Part shown: positions 10,920 to 22,103 of the stretch, piece after piece
How positions within the stretch are numbered: the first letter of the stretch is position 1
How the letters are laid out: each line of letters starts with the position of its first letter
Origin: Obrimoposthia wandeli
Taxonomy: Eukaryota
DNA length: 64,000 nt
Assembly (NCBI GenBank): GCA_977020255.1
Contig: CDROCS010006451.1
Span: 1 to 64,000, forward strand
Direction: 5' to 3'
The notes under the pieces: generated by a model
What the model was told of the DNA's origin: nothing
Database searches by the model: none
What the model saw: only the letters and a program-made list of their open reading frames with translations
Made by a program: the position numbers and the translations under genes

Positions 10920-12518
10920 TTGTCGAAAAAATCTGAACAGGTTGCAAACGGAACTTTTAAAATGTTGTCAAAACCAGCGGACGTTCTTGTCCAAGGGCAA
11001 AGATTATTACGCTATTACAGCTTCTACACCCTGCTATTAGCATTAATGCTCATCGTTCTCGACAGCTTAGATACTGCCAATAATATTGTCGCTTCTGTCG
11101 ATCAACGCAACTTCTTATTTGCCAATACCGCCTATGTTTTCTGGTCGGTGCTTATGCTGGTTTTTTCCAGCTCCCGCCTCAGCACTCACCCGCAATATGC
11201 AGTTAGCTTCTTTTTTGGTGATATATTACTGCTCATTATCATGATGCAGGCCAGTGGCGGGCTGGAAAGTGGATTCAGCAACCTTATTCTGATCCCTATA
11301 CTTATATCGAACTTACTCGTCACACGATCTCTAGGCTATTCCGTCGCGGCTTGGACAACCATTGCGGTTATCTATACCCAGCATGTTATGCCTTGGACAT
11401 TTGAAGAAAAAGAAGTTTTCACCTCAGGACTATATGGTTTTTTCTGCTTCACCCTCGCATTTTTAACCCAAACGCTCTCCAGCAAACTCAATAGCACGCT
11501 GGATTTAACGTATCGCCAAGCTGAAAATATTTCACGCCTGCGTAAAATCAATAAACACGTTCTACTAGCCTTACCGAATGCCATTATTGCTTGCGATAAA
11601 CACGACCGCATACTGCTGAGCAATGCGACGGCTTACCAGTGGTTCCATACTTTAGAAGGCGATCCACTACCTACCCAGTTATTGGATTTTGTCAAAACCA
11701 GTCATTGCCAAAGCCTGCGCTTTGAACACAATGGCCTGCAATTGATACTGAACAAATCCCCGCTCGTGAATTCTAATGAGGGAGATTATATTTTAGTCAT
11801 GGAAGATAGCAGCCATATTGCCGCCGAAGCACAGCAGATAAAACTAGCATCATTAGGGCGATTAACCGCTAGCATCGCTCATGAGATTCGCAACCCTCTG
11901 AGTGCGTTGCGTCATGCGGCTCAACTATTGGCTGAAGCCCCTGATTTATCTAAAGGTGATATCAAGCTCACACACATCATAGAACAGCACTGCATGCGCA
12001 TTAACCGCACCGTTGAAGATATCTTGCAGATTAGTCGACGCAATCATGCCAATGTCGAAGTTATTAAACTTAAACCGTGGCTAGACCATTTTAACGATTC
12101 ATTTCACCAAGCGCATGATGATAAATTCTCACTCAGCATTACTTGTAGCCCAGATTATTTAGTAAAATTTGATCCTGACCAATTACAACAAGTGCTGCAT
12201 AACATCTGTGGTAATGGTTTACGCTACGCATTATTAAAATCCCCAAAGGATGCACAATTAAAAATAACGGCTAAACAACATATTGATGGTTCTGTTCGCC
12301 TCTATTTAATGGATAATGGCCCTGGGATTAGTGAAGAAAATCAAAAGAATTTATTCGAGCCCTTTTTTACCACAGAGCATTCTGGCACGGGCCTCGGCTT
12401 ATATTTATGCCGTGAAATCTGTGAAGCCAATAAAGCCAGCATTAAATACATTGCTAGCGACCATTTAGCGGAAGATTTAGGCACCTGTTTCAGCCTTAAT
12501 TTTCCAAGAGTGAAGTAG
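10920..12518 (+). CDS. pilS: Sensor histidine kinase PilS (alternative ATG start at 10962)
   Basis: About six TM helices, PAS-like region, LGRLTASIAHEIRNPL, N/G boxes; adjacent to pilR. Confidence 0.9.
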   Translation: MSKKSEQVANGTFKMLSKPADVLVQGQRLLRYYSFYTLLLALMLIVLDSLDTANNIVASVDQRNFLFANTAYVFWSVLMLVFSSSRLSTHPQYAVSFFFGDILLLIIMMQASGGLESGFSNLILIPILISNLLVTRSLGYSVAAWTTIAVIYTQHVMPWTFEEKEVFTSGLYGFFCFTLAFLTQTLSSKLNSTLDLTYRQAENISRLRKINKHVLLALPNAIIACDKHDRILLSNATAYQWFHTLEGDPLPTQLLDFVKTSHCQSLRFEHNGLQLILNKSPLVNSNEGDYILVMEDSSHIAAEAQQIKLASLGRLTASIAHEIRNPLSALRHAAQLLAEAPDLSKGDIKLTHIIEQHCMRINRTVEDILQISRRNHANVEVIKLKPWLDHFNDSFHQAHDDKFSLSITCSPDYLVKFDPDQLQQVLHNICGNGLRYALLKSPKDAQLKITAKQHIDGSVRLYLMDNGPGISEENQKNLFEPFFTTEHSGTGLGLYLCREICEANKASIKYIASDHLAEDLGTCFSLNFPRVK

Positions 12519-12529
12519 GAATTAGCATA

Positions 12530-13882
12530 ATGTACAAAGCATTAATTATTGATGATGAACCCGACATACGCGACCTGATCCAAATAACCTTGGAGCGCAT
12601 GGACATAGACTGCTCTTGCGCCGCTGATTTCAGCCAAGCGATCGCATTATTGGAACAGCAAGAGTTTCATTTTTGTTTAACCGATATGAAATTACCCGAT
12701 GGTAATGGTATGGACTTAATCGCGTTAGCGCAGAAAAAGTATAAAAAAATGCCCATCGCGATGATTACCGCCTTTGGTAATATGGAAACGGCGGTTGCAG
12801 CATTAAAATCAGGGGCTTTTGATTTTATCGCTAAACCCATTGACCTGACCCGCCTACGAGAAGTTGTTACCGCTGCACTGAAACTAACCGAAGTCCCCCT
12901 CGCCTCTCACGCTAATAAAAGTAATACCGTGCGTTTAATTGGCCATTCAAAAGCCATGGCAAAACTTAATAGCCAGATAGAAAAAGTCGCGAGAACTCAG
13001 GCTCCTATTTTTATTCACGGTCAATCTGGCACCGGTAAAGAACTGGTCGCCCAACTCGTTCATTCTTTAGGCGTACGCCGCGATAAACCGTTAATCGCAG
13101 TAAACTGCGGTGCCATTCCTCGTGACTTGATGGAAAGTGAATTTTTTGGCCACATGAAAGGCAGCTTTACTGGCGCTAACTCCGATAAACTCGGTTTCTT
13201 TCGCGCCGCCGAAGGAGGCACTTTATTTCTAGATGAAGTTGCTGAACTTCCTATCGAAATGCAAGCCAAGCTATTGCGCGTGATTCAAGAACAAACAGTG
13301 CGCCCTGTTGGTCATGAACAAGAGTTACCGATTAATGTTCGAATTTTAAGTGCCAGCCACAGAGATTTACACCAGCGCGTCGAAGACGAGTTGTTTCGCC
13401 AAGATTTATACTTTCGCCTAAACGTGATTACAGTCGAAACCCCATCATTAGCGCAACGCCCTGATGACATCCCCCTACTCGCGGAACACTTCATTCAAAA
13501 GTATGCCAAAGAATGGCAAATGCCTTCGTTGAAAATTGCACCCGAAACGCTCACAGCTTTATGTGAATATTCATTTCCTGGTAACGTGCGTGAATTAGAG
13601 AATATTCTACAACGCGCCTTCACGATGTCGGAAAGCGATGAAATCAGCATCGAAGACCTCAACCTACCCAACCATAAAATCAAGCCGGCAATGGAAAGAG
13701 AAATGGAAAGCTCAACCAACATGGCAAATGGCAACCTAGAAGCCTACATAGAGAACATTGAACGCTTAGCGATTAATGAAGCACTGGAAGCTACCCGTTG
13801 GAATAAAACAGCCGCGGCACAGAAACTGGGTATTAGTTTTCGCGCATTACGTTATCGCTGTTCAAAATTGAATATTGAGTGA
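12530..13882 (+). CDS. pilR: Sigma54-dependent response regulator PilR
   Basis: REC, AAA+ (GQSGTGKE, GSFTGA, LFLDE), FPGNVREL, Fis-type HTH. Confidence 0.93.
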   Translation: MYKALIIDDEPDIRDLIQITLERMDIDCSCAADFSQAIALLEQQEFHFCLTDMKLPDGNGMDLIALAQKKYKKMPIAMITAFGNMETAVAALKSGAFDFIAKPIDLTRLREVVTAALKLTEVPLASHANKSNTVRLIGHSKAMAKLNSQIEKVARTQAPIFIHGQSGTGKELVAQLVHSLGVRRDKPLIAVNCGAIPRDLMESEFFGHMKGSFTGANSDKLGFFRAAEGGTLFLDEVAELPIEMQAKLLRVIQEQTVRPVGHEQELPINVRILSASHRDLHQRVEDELFRQDLYFRLNVITVETPSLAQRPDDIPLLAEHFIQKYAKEWQMPSLKIAPETLTALCEYSFPGNVRELENILQRAFTMSESDEISIEDLNLPNHKIKPAMEREMESSTNMANGNLEAYIENIERLAINEALEATRWNKTAAAQKLGISFRALRYRCSKLNIE

Positions 13883-14121
13883 TAAAAAAATCCATAAATT
13901 TCATTCACCAAGCAGTTATTAACTAGCGACTTTAGCCGATAAATTTATCTAATTTTATCAAAAAGTATTAATTACCCCTCAGCCTAAGTCATGGTTCCAT
14001 TAGGACATTAGGCTGAATCTATACACTATCCTGCCCCATCGATATAAAAACCTGCTGTACTCAACTTGTCATTAATTCACAACACGAATTAACACTAGGA
14101 CTACATATCAAGGATGATTGT

Positions 14122-14673
14122 ATGAAGCAGCATAAGCGCATGACAAAAAATGGATTTACACTAATCGAATTAATGGTGACAACCACAATTGCCGTAATGA
14201 TAGGAGGAATTACTAGCAGCAGTATAGAATCAACAAAATACTGGCTCGAACCCAAACGCTTATTCAGTGCTATCCAATCAACTAGATCCTTGTCAATCAC
14301 ACACAATCAATACGCAGTTTTGTGCCCGACTGAAAATGATATTGTATGCAAGAAAGATTGGCAGCTTCCCTTGATGATATTTATTGACACTAACAATAAC
14401 AAACAGCGAGATATTAACGAAAGTATAATCCAGAGAATCACACCTTATACCAACTTAGAGCGTACGATAGAGTACCCACGCACCCAAATCCGATTCAATG
14501 GACTGGGTCAGATTAATGGCTACACAGGAACACTAAAATACTGTTCAGAATACACATCCAAAGGCATTGTATTATCAAGAGTTGGCCGCATTCGTTACAT
14601 TCAACACTTAGACAAACAAGATGACAATTCTAGCTCAACTAGCCTGCCTACATGTCCTCCAGCATTATCTTAA
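14122..14673 (+). CDS. fimT: FimT/GspH-family minor pilin
   Basis: Prepilin motif NG-FTLIELM; GspH-like C-terminus (IRFNGLG...GTLKYC...GRIR). Confidence 0.75.
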   Translation: MKQHKRMTKNGFTLIELMVTTTIAVMIGGITSSSIESTKYWLEPKRLFSAIQSTRSLSITHNQYAVLCPTENDIVCKKDWQLPLMIFIDTNNNKQRDINESIIQRITPYTNLERTIEYPRTQIRFNGLGQINGYTGTLKYCSEYTSKGIVLSRVGRIRYIQHLDKQDDNSSSTSLPTCPPALS

Positions 14674-14779
14674 ATTCCAAATTCTACATAATAATAGGCA
14701 AGCACCATTTAATCTTAATGAATGTACCGCTTATCCTACAAGACTCTCTGAGTATTATTATTTAGGTAATAATACTCAG

Positions 14780-15322
14780 ATGAAAAAAACTAATGCATTT
14801 ACCCTTATCGAACTTATGATTGTTATGGCCATTGTTGGCATTATTGCCTTTATTGCAATGCCGAATATGCGAGCAATGATCTCGAATAGCAAAAGTAATT
14901 CCGTCAGCAAACAGCTAATGATTGATATTATGTATACGCGTAACGTAGCGATTACCAATCAAGCTAATGCTCAAATGATCCCGTTAGATCGAACCCTAGG
15001 CATAGGAACCCTAGCAGGGGGCGGCGGGGTAAATTGGGCTGCAGGCTGGCGGATAATTAATACCGCCGAACCCGGTAGAGTTCTTCGACAAAAAGATAAT
15101 ATGGGGCCAGACCCACAAATCCGCTCTGTTGAAATCGGTAATGTTTTAGACGCGAACAACCCTATAGAATTTAACGACGAAGGCATTTCTGTACGCAATG
15201 GCACGCTCGAAGTTGCAGTATTAGGCTGCGCGGGCGATAACGCTCGTCGACTACGTATCAATTCAGTTGGCCAAGTAATTGGTACTGACATTCTTTGCCC
15301 AGCGGGGTTTGCCACACAATGA
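14780..15322 (+). CDS. fimU: FimU/FimT-family minor pilin (ATG 14780, not the upstream ORF-track start)
   Basis: [22 protein letters not shown]; IEFNDEG...NGTL...INSVGQV. Confidence 0.75.
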   Translation: MKKTNAFTLIELMIVMAIVGIIAFIAMPNMRAMISNSKSNSVSKQLMIDIMYTRNVAITNQANAQMIPLDRTLGIGTLAGGGGVNWAAGWRIINTAEPGRVLRQKDNMGPDPQIRSVEIGNVLDANNPIEFNDEGISVRNGTLEVAVLGCAGDNARRLRINSVGQVIGTDILCPAGFATQ

Positions 15323-15939
15323 CCTCCCTAAATACGCCGTCAAGAAATACATCCTCAGGACTTACCTTAATCGAAGTTCTTGTCACTATGGTGATTACCA
15401 GTATTGGCCTAATGGGGCTGATTTCGCTACAAATGCAGGCGCTAAAAGCTACTCAAGACGCTGGAAATCATAGTCACGCTACCTGGATTCTTAATGATCT
15501 GGCTAGCCGAATAAAAGCTAATAAAGAGTCCTCTCTAAGCTACGCTGGAGCTGGAGCAGTCAACTGCCCAGCTGATCCAACGGTTTTACCCGCAGGAATT
15601 GTTGTCTGCAGTAATTATGCAACAGGTTCAGCGAGAGTTGCCTCTGTAGTATGTACTGGGCCTGAGTTAGCCGCTTGGGATTTATTTGAAGTTGCTTGTG
15701 GCTTACCTCGTGACAACATTAACATTCACGGCAACCCCATTGATACTTTACCAAGCCTACCAGGCCTACCTTGGGGGCCAACACTAACGGTAGGCTGTGT
15801 AACCGTGGGGTGTACAAATGGTGACCCGTTACAAGTAACTTTAACCTGGAGAGCAAGAGTAGACGCAACTGAAGCAACGGAAGCCATTCGCCAAGCGCCT
15901 GATAACCTCCTCCAAGCAGCAAGATTGGTGAACCCATGA
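15319..15939 (+). CDS. pilV: Type IV pilus minor pilin PilV
   Basis: SG-LTLIEVLVTMVITSIGLMGLISLQ; start overlaps the upstream stop (ATGA). Confidence 0.85.
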   Translation: MTSLNTPSRNTSSGLTLIEVLVTMVITSIGLMGLISLQMQALKATQDAGNHSHATWILNDLASRIKANKESSLSYAGAGAVNCPADPTVLPAGIVVCSNYATGSARVASVVCTGPELAAWDLFEVACGLPRDNINIHGNPIDTLPSLPGLPWGPTLTVGCVTVGCTNGDPLQVTLTWRARVDATEATEAIRQAPDNLLQAARLVNP

Positions 15940-16835
15940 ACTATAAAAATACCCAGCGCGGGTTTACCCTAGTTGAACTGATGATCACCTTGGTTCTGTC
16001 TCTACTTGTTACTTACGGTATGGCACAAGTCCTCATTAGTTCAAATCAAAACTCATCAAGCTCTGACGGTGTATCCCAAGCCCAAGAAACAGCTCGATTC
16101 ACGATGACATCTCTGGGCAGGAAAATTAGAAATACTGGAATTAACTCTACAAGTGACCCAACAATCACCTCGAGATCAGCAATGGGGTGCGATGTTGTTA
16201 ACCTTAATGCCAATAATGCTTGTTCTTTCAATAACGATACAGGAGCAACTGAAGCAAATATAACCGTAGCTCCGGGGGTACTTAGTGGTGACCGTCTCGC
16301 CTTATCATGGATTCCGCCATCCAAGGTTGAAACGTACCCAGAATTTTCCCCTGGCGATCCAACCCCAGTTTTTCCAAGTGTTACGACCGACTGCACGGGT
16401 GCAACTATTGCTGGGTTTGTACCTGAGAATATGATCATAAATACCTTTTGGGTAAGCTTTGATCCAGACTCAGGTACTAACTCTTTATTTTGCCAAGGGC
16501 GTCTATTCGACACAGCAACTCTAACGGTAACAGCAACCGGAGCTGCTCAAGTCATTGCCAGCGGCGTAGAGGCCATACAATTTTTATATGGAGAAGCAAC
16601 GAACGCGGCATCAGATGATGTCACCGGCTATGTCAATGCCAATGAAGTCAATGACTGGAACAGGATTTTTGCTATAAAAGTAGCCGTCATGACACGCTCT
16701 CTGGGTGATATTACAAACAGTGTAAGCACTAAACAATACGTCATGCTGGATTCTGATATCTACACGTTTACCGACGCCATTAATCGTCAAGTCTTCAGTT
16801 CAACCTTTTTCATTCGTAACCCTGGAGATGAATAA
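15936..16835 (+). CDS. pilW: Type IV pilus minor pilin PilW
   Basis: QRG-FTLVELMITL; C-terminal GVEAIQFLYGE...AIKVAVMTRS...FSSTF typical of PilW. Confidence 0.87.
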   Translation: MNYKNTQRGFTLVELMITLVLSLLVTYGMAQVLISSNQNSSSSDGVSQAQETARFTMTSLGRKIRNTGINSTSDPTITSRSAMGCDVVNLNANNACSFNNDTGATEANITVAPGVLSGDRLALSWIPPSKVETYPEFSPGDPTPVFPSVTTDCTGATIAGFVPENMIINTFWVSFDPDSGTNSLFCQGRLFDTATLTVTATGAAQVIASGVEAIQFLYGEATNAASDDVTGYVNANEVNDWNRIFAIKVAVMTRSLGDITNSVSTKQYVMLDSDIYTFTDAINRQVFSSTFFIRNPGDE

Positions 16836-17385
16836 CATGCGATATGTATCATTACAGAAGCAATCTGGGGCGGCCTTAGCCATTAGCCTTGTAATTCTAT
16901 CCGCTATCACCTTGCTTGCAGCGATGAATATGCAGCGCGCCGGCTTACAAACTCGTATTACTTCGAATATTTATCATAAAGAAATCACGTTCAATACGGT
17001 ATTAAGTGATCAAGAGACTTGGTTTTCCAGATTATCAGATGCGGACTTAAGCGACCCCATCCTTAGCGACCCTATTAGACAATTTAACTTAAATAACGAC
17101 ACTAAAACCTATACGCCCGTTATTTTAAACCAACTCAACCAGTCAGGGTCGAACTTTGCTGTACAAGTTGATAATCAATTAATAATGACGGACGCAGTTA
17201 AAGGTCAAAACTCCTTAGCCGAAGGAGAGGAAGCAGGTAATCGAATTTTATTTATTTACAACCTTTGGTCAAGAGGTGATATCGCTGGTCGAGCTGTAAA
17301 TAGTTCAACCTCTGTATATCAATTATCAGGCATTAGCTTCCCTGCCTTAAATTCTACTAGTAATTCTCTCTATTCTGCACCTTAA
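16828..17385 (+). CDS. pilX: Type IV pilus minor pilin PilX
   Basis: QSG-AALAISLVIL with no Glu at +5 (PilX hallmark); position after pilW. Confidence 0.85.
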   Translation: MNNMRYVSLQKQSGAALAISLVILSAITLLAAMNMQRAGLQTRITSNIYHKEITFNTVLSDQETWFSRLSDADLSDPILSDPIRQFNLNNDTKTYTPVILNQLNQSGSNFAVQVDNQLIMTDAVKGQNSLAEGEEAGNRILFIYNLWSRGDIAGRAVNSSTSVYQLSGISFPALNSTSNSLYSAP

Positions 17386-17405
17386 CCCACAAAAGGATAA
17401 GTCTA

Positions 17406-17759
17406 ATGAAATACCTATTTTCTTTACTCATAATACTGCTTGCACTGCCAAGTCAAGCAGATATCGTTTCTCATGATCTAGTCGGTAAGGCGTCTGATAT
17501 TCGCCTCACTAGTAGCTATCAAGAGAAAACAGGGCTTGGCCAAATTCAAGTTAAATTATGCCCATCCTGTAATAACTACAGCCTTACCATCACCCCTGAA
17601 ACAGATATTTCTAAAGATGGTAAGGCACTGCATCCGAGCCAGTTTAAGATGCATTTGAAGGCAAATGGACAAGCGCCTATGCGTTTACAATTCCATAAAG
17701 ACAGAAAGACCATTTTCTACATCAGCCTTTCCTCTCAAAATAAGGAAAATCTCCAATGA
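17406..17759 (+). CDS. Small secreted hypothetical protein (PilY2-like position)
   Basis: Signal peptide ending SQA, CPSC motif, RBS AAGGA; stop overlaps the pilY1 start. Confidence 0.7.
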   Translation: MKYLFSLLIILLALPSQADIVSHDLVGKASDIRLTSSYQEKTGLGQIQVKLCPSCNNYSLTITPETDISKDGKALHPSQFKMHLKANGQAPMRLQFHKDRKTIFYISLSSQNKENLQ

Positions 17760-20700
17760 AAAACCTTATTACTAGCTATCGCAGCATAGCGACTTACAGC
17801 CGTGCTGACCTGTGAGGAAGTTGTTTTTCTAGCAGGCCGACTTTGACATTGAAATATACAGAGGCACTCAATCATCGGTTAAGCCTGTTTCAATAATGGT
17901 TATCGATACCTCTCGAAGTATGTCCTATTGGGCCCGGGAACAGTGGCCTGATTACAAACCAAATTTAGATTACAAAGCCATATACCCAATAACTCCTGAT
18001 GGCAATAATATCGATTACCTAGACCCTGATTTATACTACTTTCACGACGATGACTATTCCGGTAATGAACTTTCTAGCAGTGATCTAACTAGCTTAAGAC
18101 AGCACCCATTCCCCATAGCTGCGTTAAAATGTGATGCAGCACAAAGTAGCATTCAATCTGAAGGCTTTTACGCAGATAACTTCAAGCGTTGGAACCCATC
18201 GACGCTAGTTTGGGATCCATCATTAAGTTATCAAGAAAGCTACCGCACTTGGTGGGGAGGTACTCGATATAGATGGGTAACACCAGATACACCTCTAGGT
18301 GAGGATAGTAACTTTGCCGCCATTGTTGATTGTAAAACTGACGAAACTGACTCCGCCAACAAATACATAAAAGCCGACCCTAGTCGTAACAGCCAATACT
18401 TATCCTACAAAGATGATGAATATTCCGACGCTTGGAGAAATTATTTTCCATATATCTACAGTGGCAATTACCTAAACTATTTAGTGTATAGAGCAGAATA
18501 CAAAGACCAACTTGTTGGTGTTAAAAAATCAAGAATGCAAATCACCAAAGCTGCTGCCAAATTTATTGTTGAAACAACCGGTGGGATTAAATTAGGCTTG
18601 GCCCGCTTTGACCTTGATAGCGGTGGTGGCATGATCGATTTGGCGTCAATAGATATTGAAAGATTGCGTGACATAGATAGCAATGGGACGGATACTGTAT
18701 TTAATACAATGATCGATTCTTACGTACCGTGGGGCGGAACGCCATTAACTGAATCGTTTTACGAAGCAGCCCGATACCTTAGAGGAGATAGTGTTTTATA
18801 TGGTACAAATTCTACTAGCCGACGCTTAAAATCTGGCTACACATTTAATGACCTAAGTCGAGATAGTAGCAGCGGTATTCTGAAAGCAGAGAACTACAAT
18901 TATAATCGCACGACTGTAGTAAATAACCCAAGCACCAGTGCTTCTCGAGTAGGCAATACTTATAGCTCTCCCATTGACTCTGCCTGCAATGCTACCACTA
19001 ATTTGGTTCTATTTACTGATGGAGTCCCTCAAAGTGATGAGGGAGCGAACTCAAGAATCCATACATTGTTATCAGACGCAAATATCAACTTCAGGACTGA
19101 GCCAGGTTTAAATGCCTACGACCTAACTGTGTTAAGTAACTCTTGCTCAGGTAGTGGCGGCTGTGCGGAAGAGCTTGCTTATTATCTCGCGAATGTCGAC
19201 CAACGCCCTCTTTTAGCTGGAAAGCAAACTATTAATACCCATGTAATTGGTGGTTTTTTTGATGAGAGCTCATCTGGTAATACCCTGCAGTACATTGAAA
19301 ACATTGCACGGTATGGACAAGGCACTTATGCTGCCGCGTCAAATAAAGAAGACATTGCTAAAGCCTTCAGAACGGCAGTCACCGCAGGGCACGATAAGCC
19401 GGTTACTTTCGTAGCCCCAGCAGTGTCTGTTAACTCCTATAATAGTTTAGAACACCTAGACAGCCTATTTTACGCGATGTTTGTTCCTGCCACAGATAAC
19501 AACTGGAAAGGTAATCTTAAAAGTTATCGCTTAGCCCCTAATGGCACAGTAGTGGATGCAGAAGGCGACTCTGCTATTGACTTATCCAGCGGCCGTTTCA
19601 AGGAAGCTAGCCGCAGTTATTGGACAGCAGAAGGAAGCACTGATGGCGATAGTGTTTTAAAAGGCGGAGCTGCAGCTAACTTAACGAAAGAACATAATAT
19701 CCTCACTCACTTAAGTGGCACAAAAAGCGCTTTGGATACCGCTATATCGACAAGCACTATCAGCAAAAATATTCTTGGTCTATCTAATCTAGCAACAGGT
19801 GAAGAGCATACAGCCCTTATTGACTGGCTGAATAGAAAAGAAGGAGAAAATACTCGCCTTCAAATAGAGGACCCACTGCACAGTCGCCCTGTGGTTGTAA
19901 ACTATGGTTATGACAAAGACGAGAGTACCGGTACAGTCACCGCTAAGGGTGTGGTATTTATGGGGACAAATAGTGGTTACTTACATGCTATTGATGCAGA
20001 TAAGCAAAACTTTAAGGAGTATTTTTCATACATCCCTAAGGAGCTCCTAGAAAATGCAAACCTATATCATACTTCTGATCTATACGAACCAAAGCCCTAT
20101 GGTGTTGATGGCCCGATCAACTATTGGCATGCCGATGCAAACCAAAATGCACAAGTTGATAACGGCGAGAAAGTATATCTTTATTTCGGTCTACGCCGCG
20201 GTGGTCGTCATTATTACGCGCTTGATATCAGTGATCCTGAAAATCCAAAATTTCTATGGCAAATAAACGGTGGCCAAGGTGGAGACTTCGATAAGATGGG
20301 AGAATCTTGGTCCCCAATGTCATTAGCCAAAGTTAGGTGGGGGGATTCTGGCAAAACCAAGGTCGTTTTATTATTTGGTGGTGGCTATGACGCCCAAGAA
20401 GATAATCGTGCTACCCGTGCTCCTCATGATATGGGTAACTCAGTTTATATGATCGACCCCGAAACAGGTAAGCTACTGTGGAGTGCAAGTGACTCTAGCG
20501 CATCAACAACACTGACAGATATGACCAGTGCTATCACGAGTGAGATAAAAACAATTGATTTTGACGGTGACCAGATCACTGATTATTTCTTCGTAAGTGA
20601 CCTAGGCGGTCGCGTATGGCGCTTTGACCTAAACGCGGATATAACTACACCGATTAGCAAAACAAATTTCATTTCAGGCGCTGGAGTTATTTTTGATGCA

Positions 20701-21417
20701 AATAAAAACAATACCAGCTATCAACGTTTCTATGATGCCCCAAGTGTTTCTTATTTCTCTGATAAAGAAACACAGGAAAAGTTTTTAACCGTGTCAATTG
20801 GGTCTGGCTTCCGCGCTCACCCCTTGCAAGTGGCTGGCCAAGATAGCTTTTATATTATCAAAGACCACAACATAACAACCCCTACGGTAGCCTATAATAC
20901 TTTAGATAGGAGCGATCTGTTAGACCTCACTACGACTTCAGCAGCATCGACATACTCTCTAAATGGCTGGAAGCATGATTTAACTGTTGGTGAAAAGGTT
21001 CTATCGCCCTCATTAACAGCGAATGGACACATGTTTTTCACTACATTCTCACCAAAAACATTAGGAACAGATTCGAGTGGTTGTAATGCCGATATCGGCA
21101 AAGCAAAGGCTTATAGCATTGCTTTCAATCCATCAGCACCAACAATAAGTTCTGAAATTATTATCACTGATGGACCGCCTCCAGCACCGATTGAGCTAAC
21201 AGTTTCTCCACAAGGGCAAAAAGCATTTTGTGAAGAACATCCTAGTCATGATAGCTGTATTGAAGAAGACCCTGATTGCGAAGATAGCGATGATTGTCCT
21301 AAGCCACTACCTGATTGTGAAGCCTCAATTTCTGTGATACTCAGTGGTACTAGCATCATTGCAGGCGGGTCTGACCAATGCGAATTACTTAAGAGAAATT
21401 TTTGGCGCTCACTATAG
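17756..21417 (+). CDS. pilY1: PilY1 tip adhesin (vWA plus beta-propeller); signal-peptide region frameshifted, main ORF 17896-21417
   Basis: MIDAS-like VIDTSRS, TPL, LFTDG; DPLHSRP, GTNSGYLHA, YGVDG, FGLRRGG, GESWSP; Ca-loop DFDGDQITD. Confidence 0.92.
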
Positions 21418-21498
21418 ATCCAAAAATATTATATCAATAACAGCAAGGCAAAATAGCATCTCGATTTATCGAGGTGCGATTCGGCCTTTTACAGCAGG

Positions 21499-22023
21499 TT
21501 GAAAATGAAACAACGCGGATTTACCTTAATAGAACTGATGATTGTGATTGCCATTATTGGCATTCTTGTAAGTGTCGCCATGCCTGTTTATCGACATTAT
21601 ATTTTAGATAGTCAGCGTGAAGATACTATGACTAAGCTATTGCAAGTCGTACAACTTCAAGAGCGCTTCTATCTCAATAACGCAAGATATTCTCTGACAA
21701 TGCTTGGTCTTAACTATGGCGTTGACGCACTCGGCCAATGGGTCATAACGTATAACGAAATTGATACTTACGGTGTCCGTATAGGGCTATGTGATAATAA
21801 TGTGATTTACCCCGATGGCCCGCCAGCAACCGAATGCTTTAATGTGATAGCAACACCGATCAGCGGGATAGCTGATGAAGACGCTTTCATGGGCCTACTA
21901 GCAACTGATAGCCGAGGGCGAAAGGTTTGGGATTTCAGTAAAACAGTCATTCGAGACTGGGATGGAAATGATCTACTCAACGCTAGATGCCCTGAGTGTA
22001 TTACTGCACGCACTACTTATTAA
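21499..22023 (+). CDS. pilE: Type IV minor pilin PilE
   Basis: [27 protein letters not shown]; QERFY..N..Y; last gene of the cluster. Confidence 0.85.
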   Translation: MKMKQRGFTLIELMIVIAIIGILVSVAMPVYRHYILDSQREDTMTKLLQVVQLQERFYLNNARYSLTMLGLNYGVDALGQWVITYNEIDTYGVRIGLCDNNVIYPDGPPATECFNVIATPISGIADEDAFMGLLATDSRGRKVWDFSKTVIRDWDGNDLLNARCPECITARTTY

Positions 22024-22069
22024 CTTCATCAACCCCCAAGCTTGAAATAGCGCGTTGAAAAACACCTTC

Positions 22070-22098
22070 TAAATCAGAGCGCCTCACGCTCTGATTTA
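22070..22098. terminator. Bidirectional hairpin between convergent pilE and ispH
   Basis: TAAATCAGAGCG-CCTCA-CGCTCTGATTTA perfect 12-bp stem. Confidence 0.7.
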
Positions 22099-22103
22099 AA
22101 ATA

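Noticed and set aside
13883-14121. Sigma54 (-24/-12) promoter for the pilin cluster
   Set aside because: No convincing GG-N10-GC element found; PilR targets are probably elsewhere.
14621-14779. N-terminal extension of the second FimT/FimU ORF
   Set aside because: Overlaps the previous gene; the prepilin motif places the start at ATG 14780.
21456-21477. Terminator between pilY1 and pilE
   Set aside because: The hairpin GCATCTCGAT/ATCGAGGTGC is real but has no U-tract; more likely an mRNA-stability element, and unsupported beyond that.
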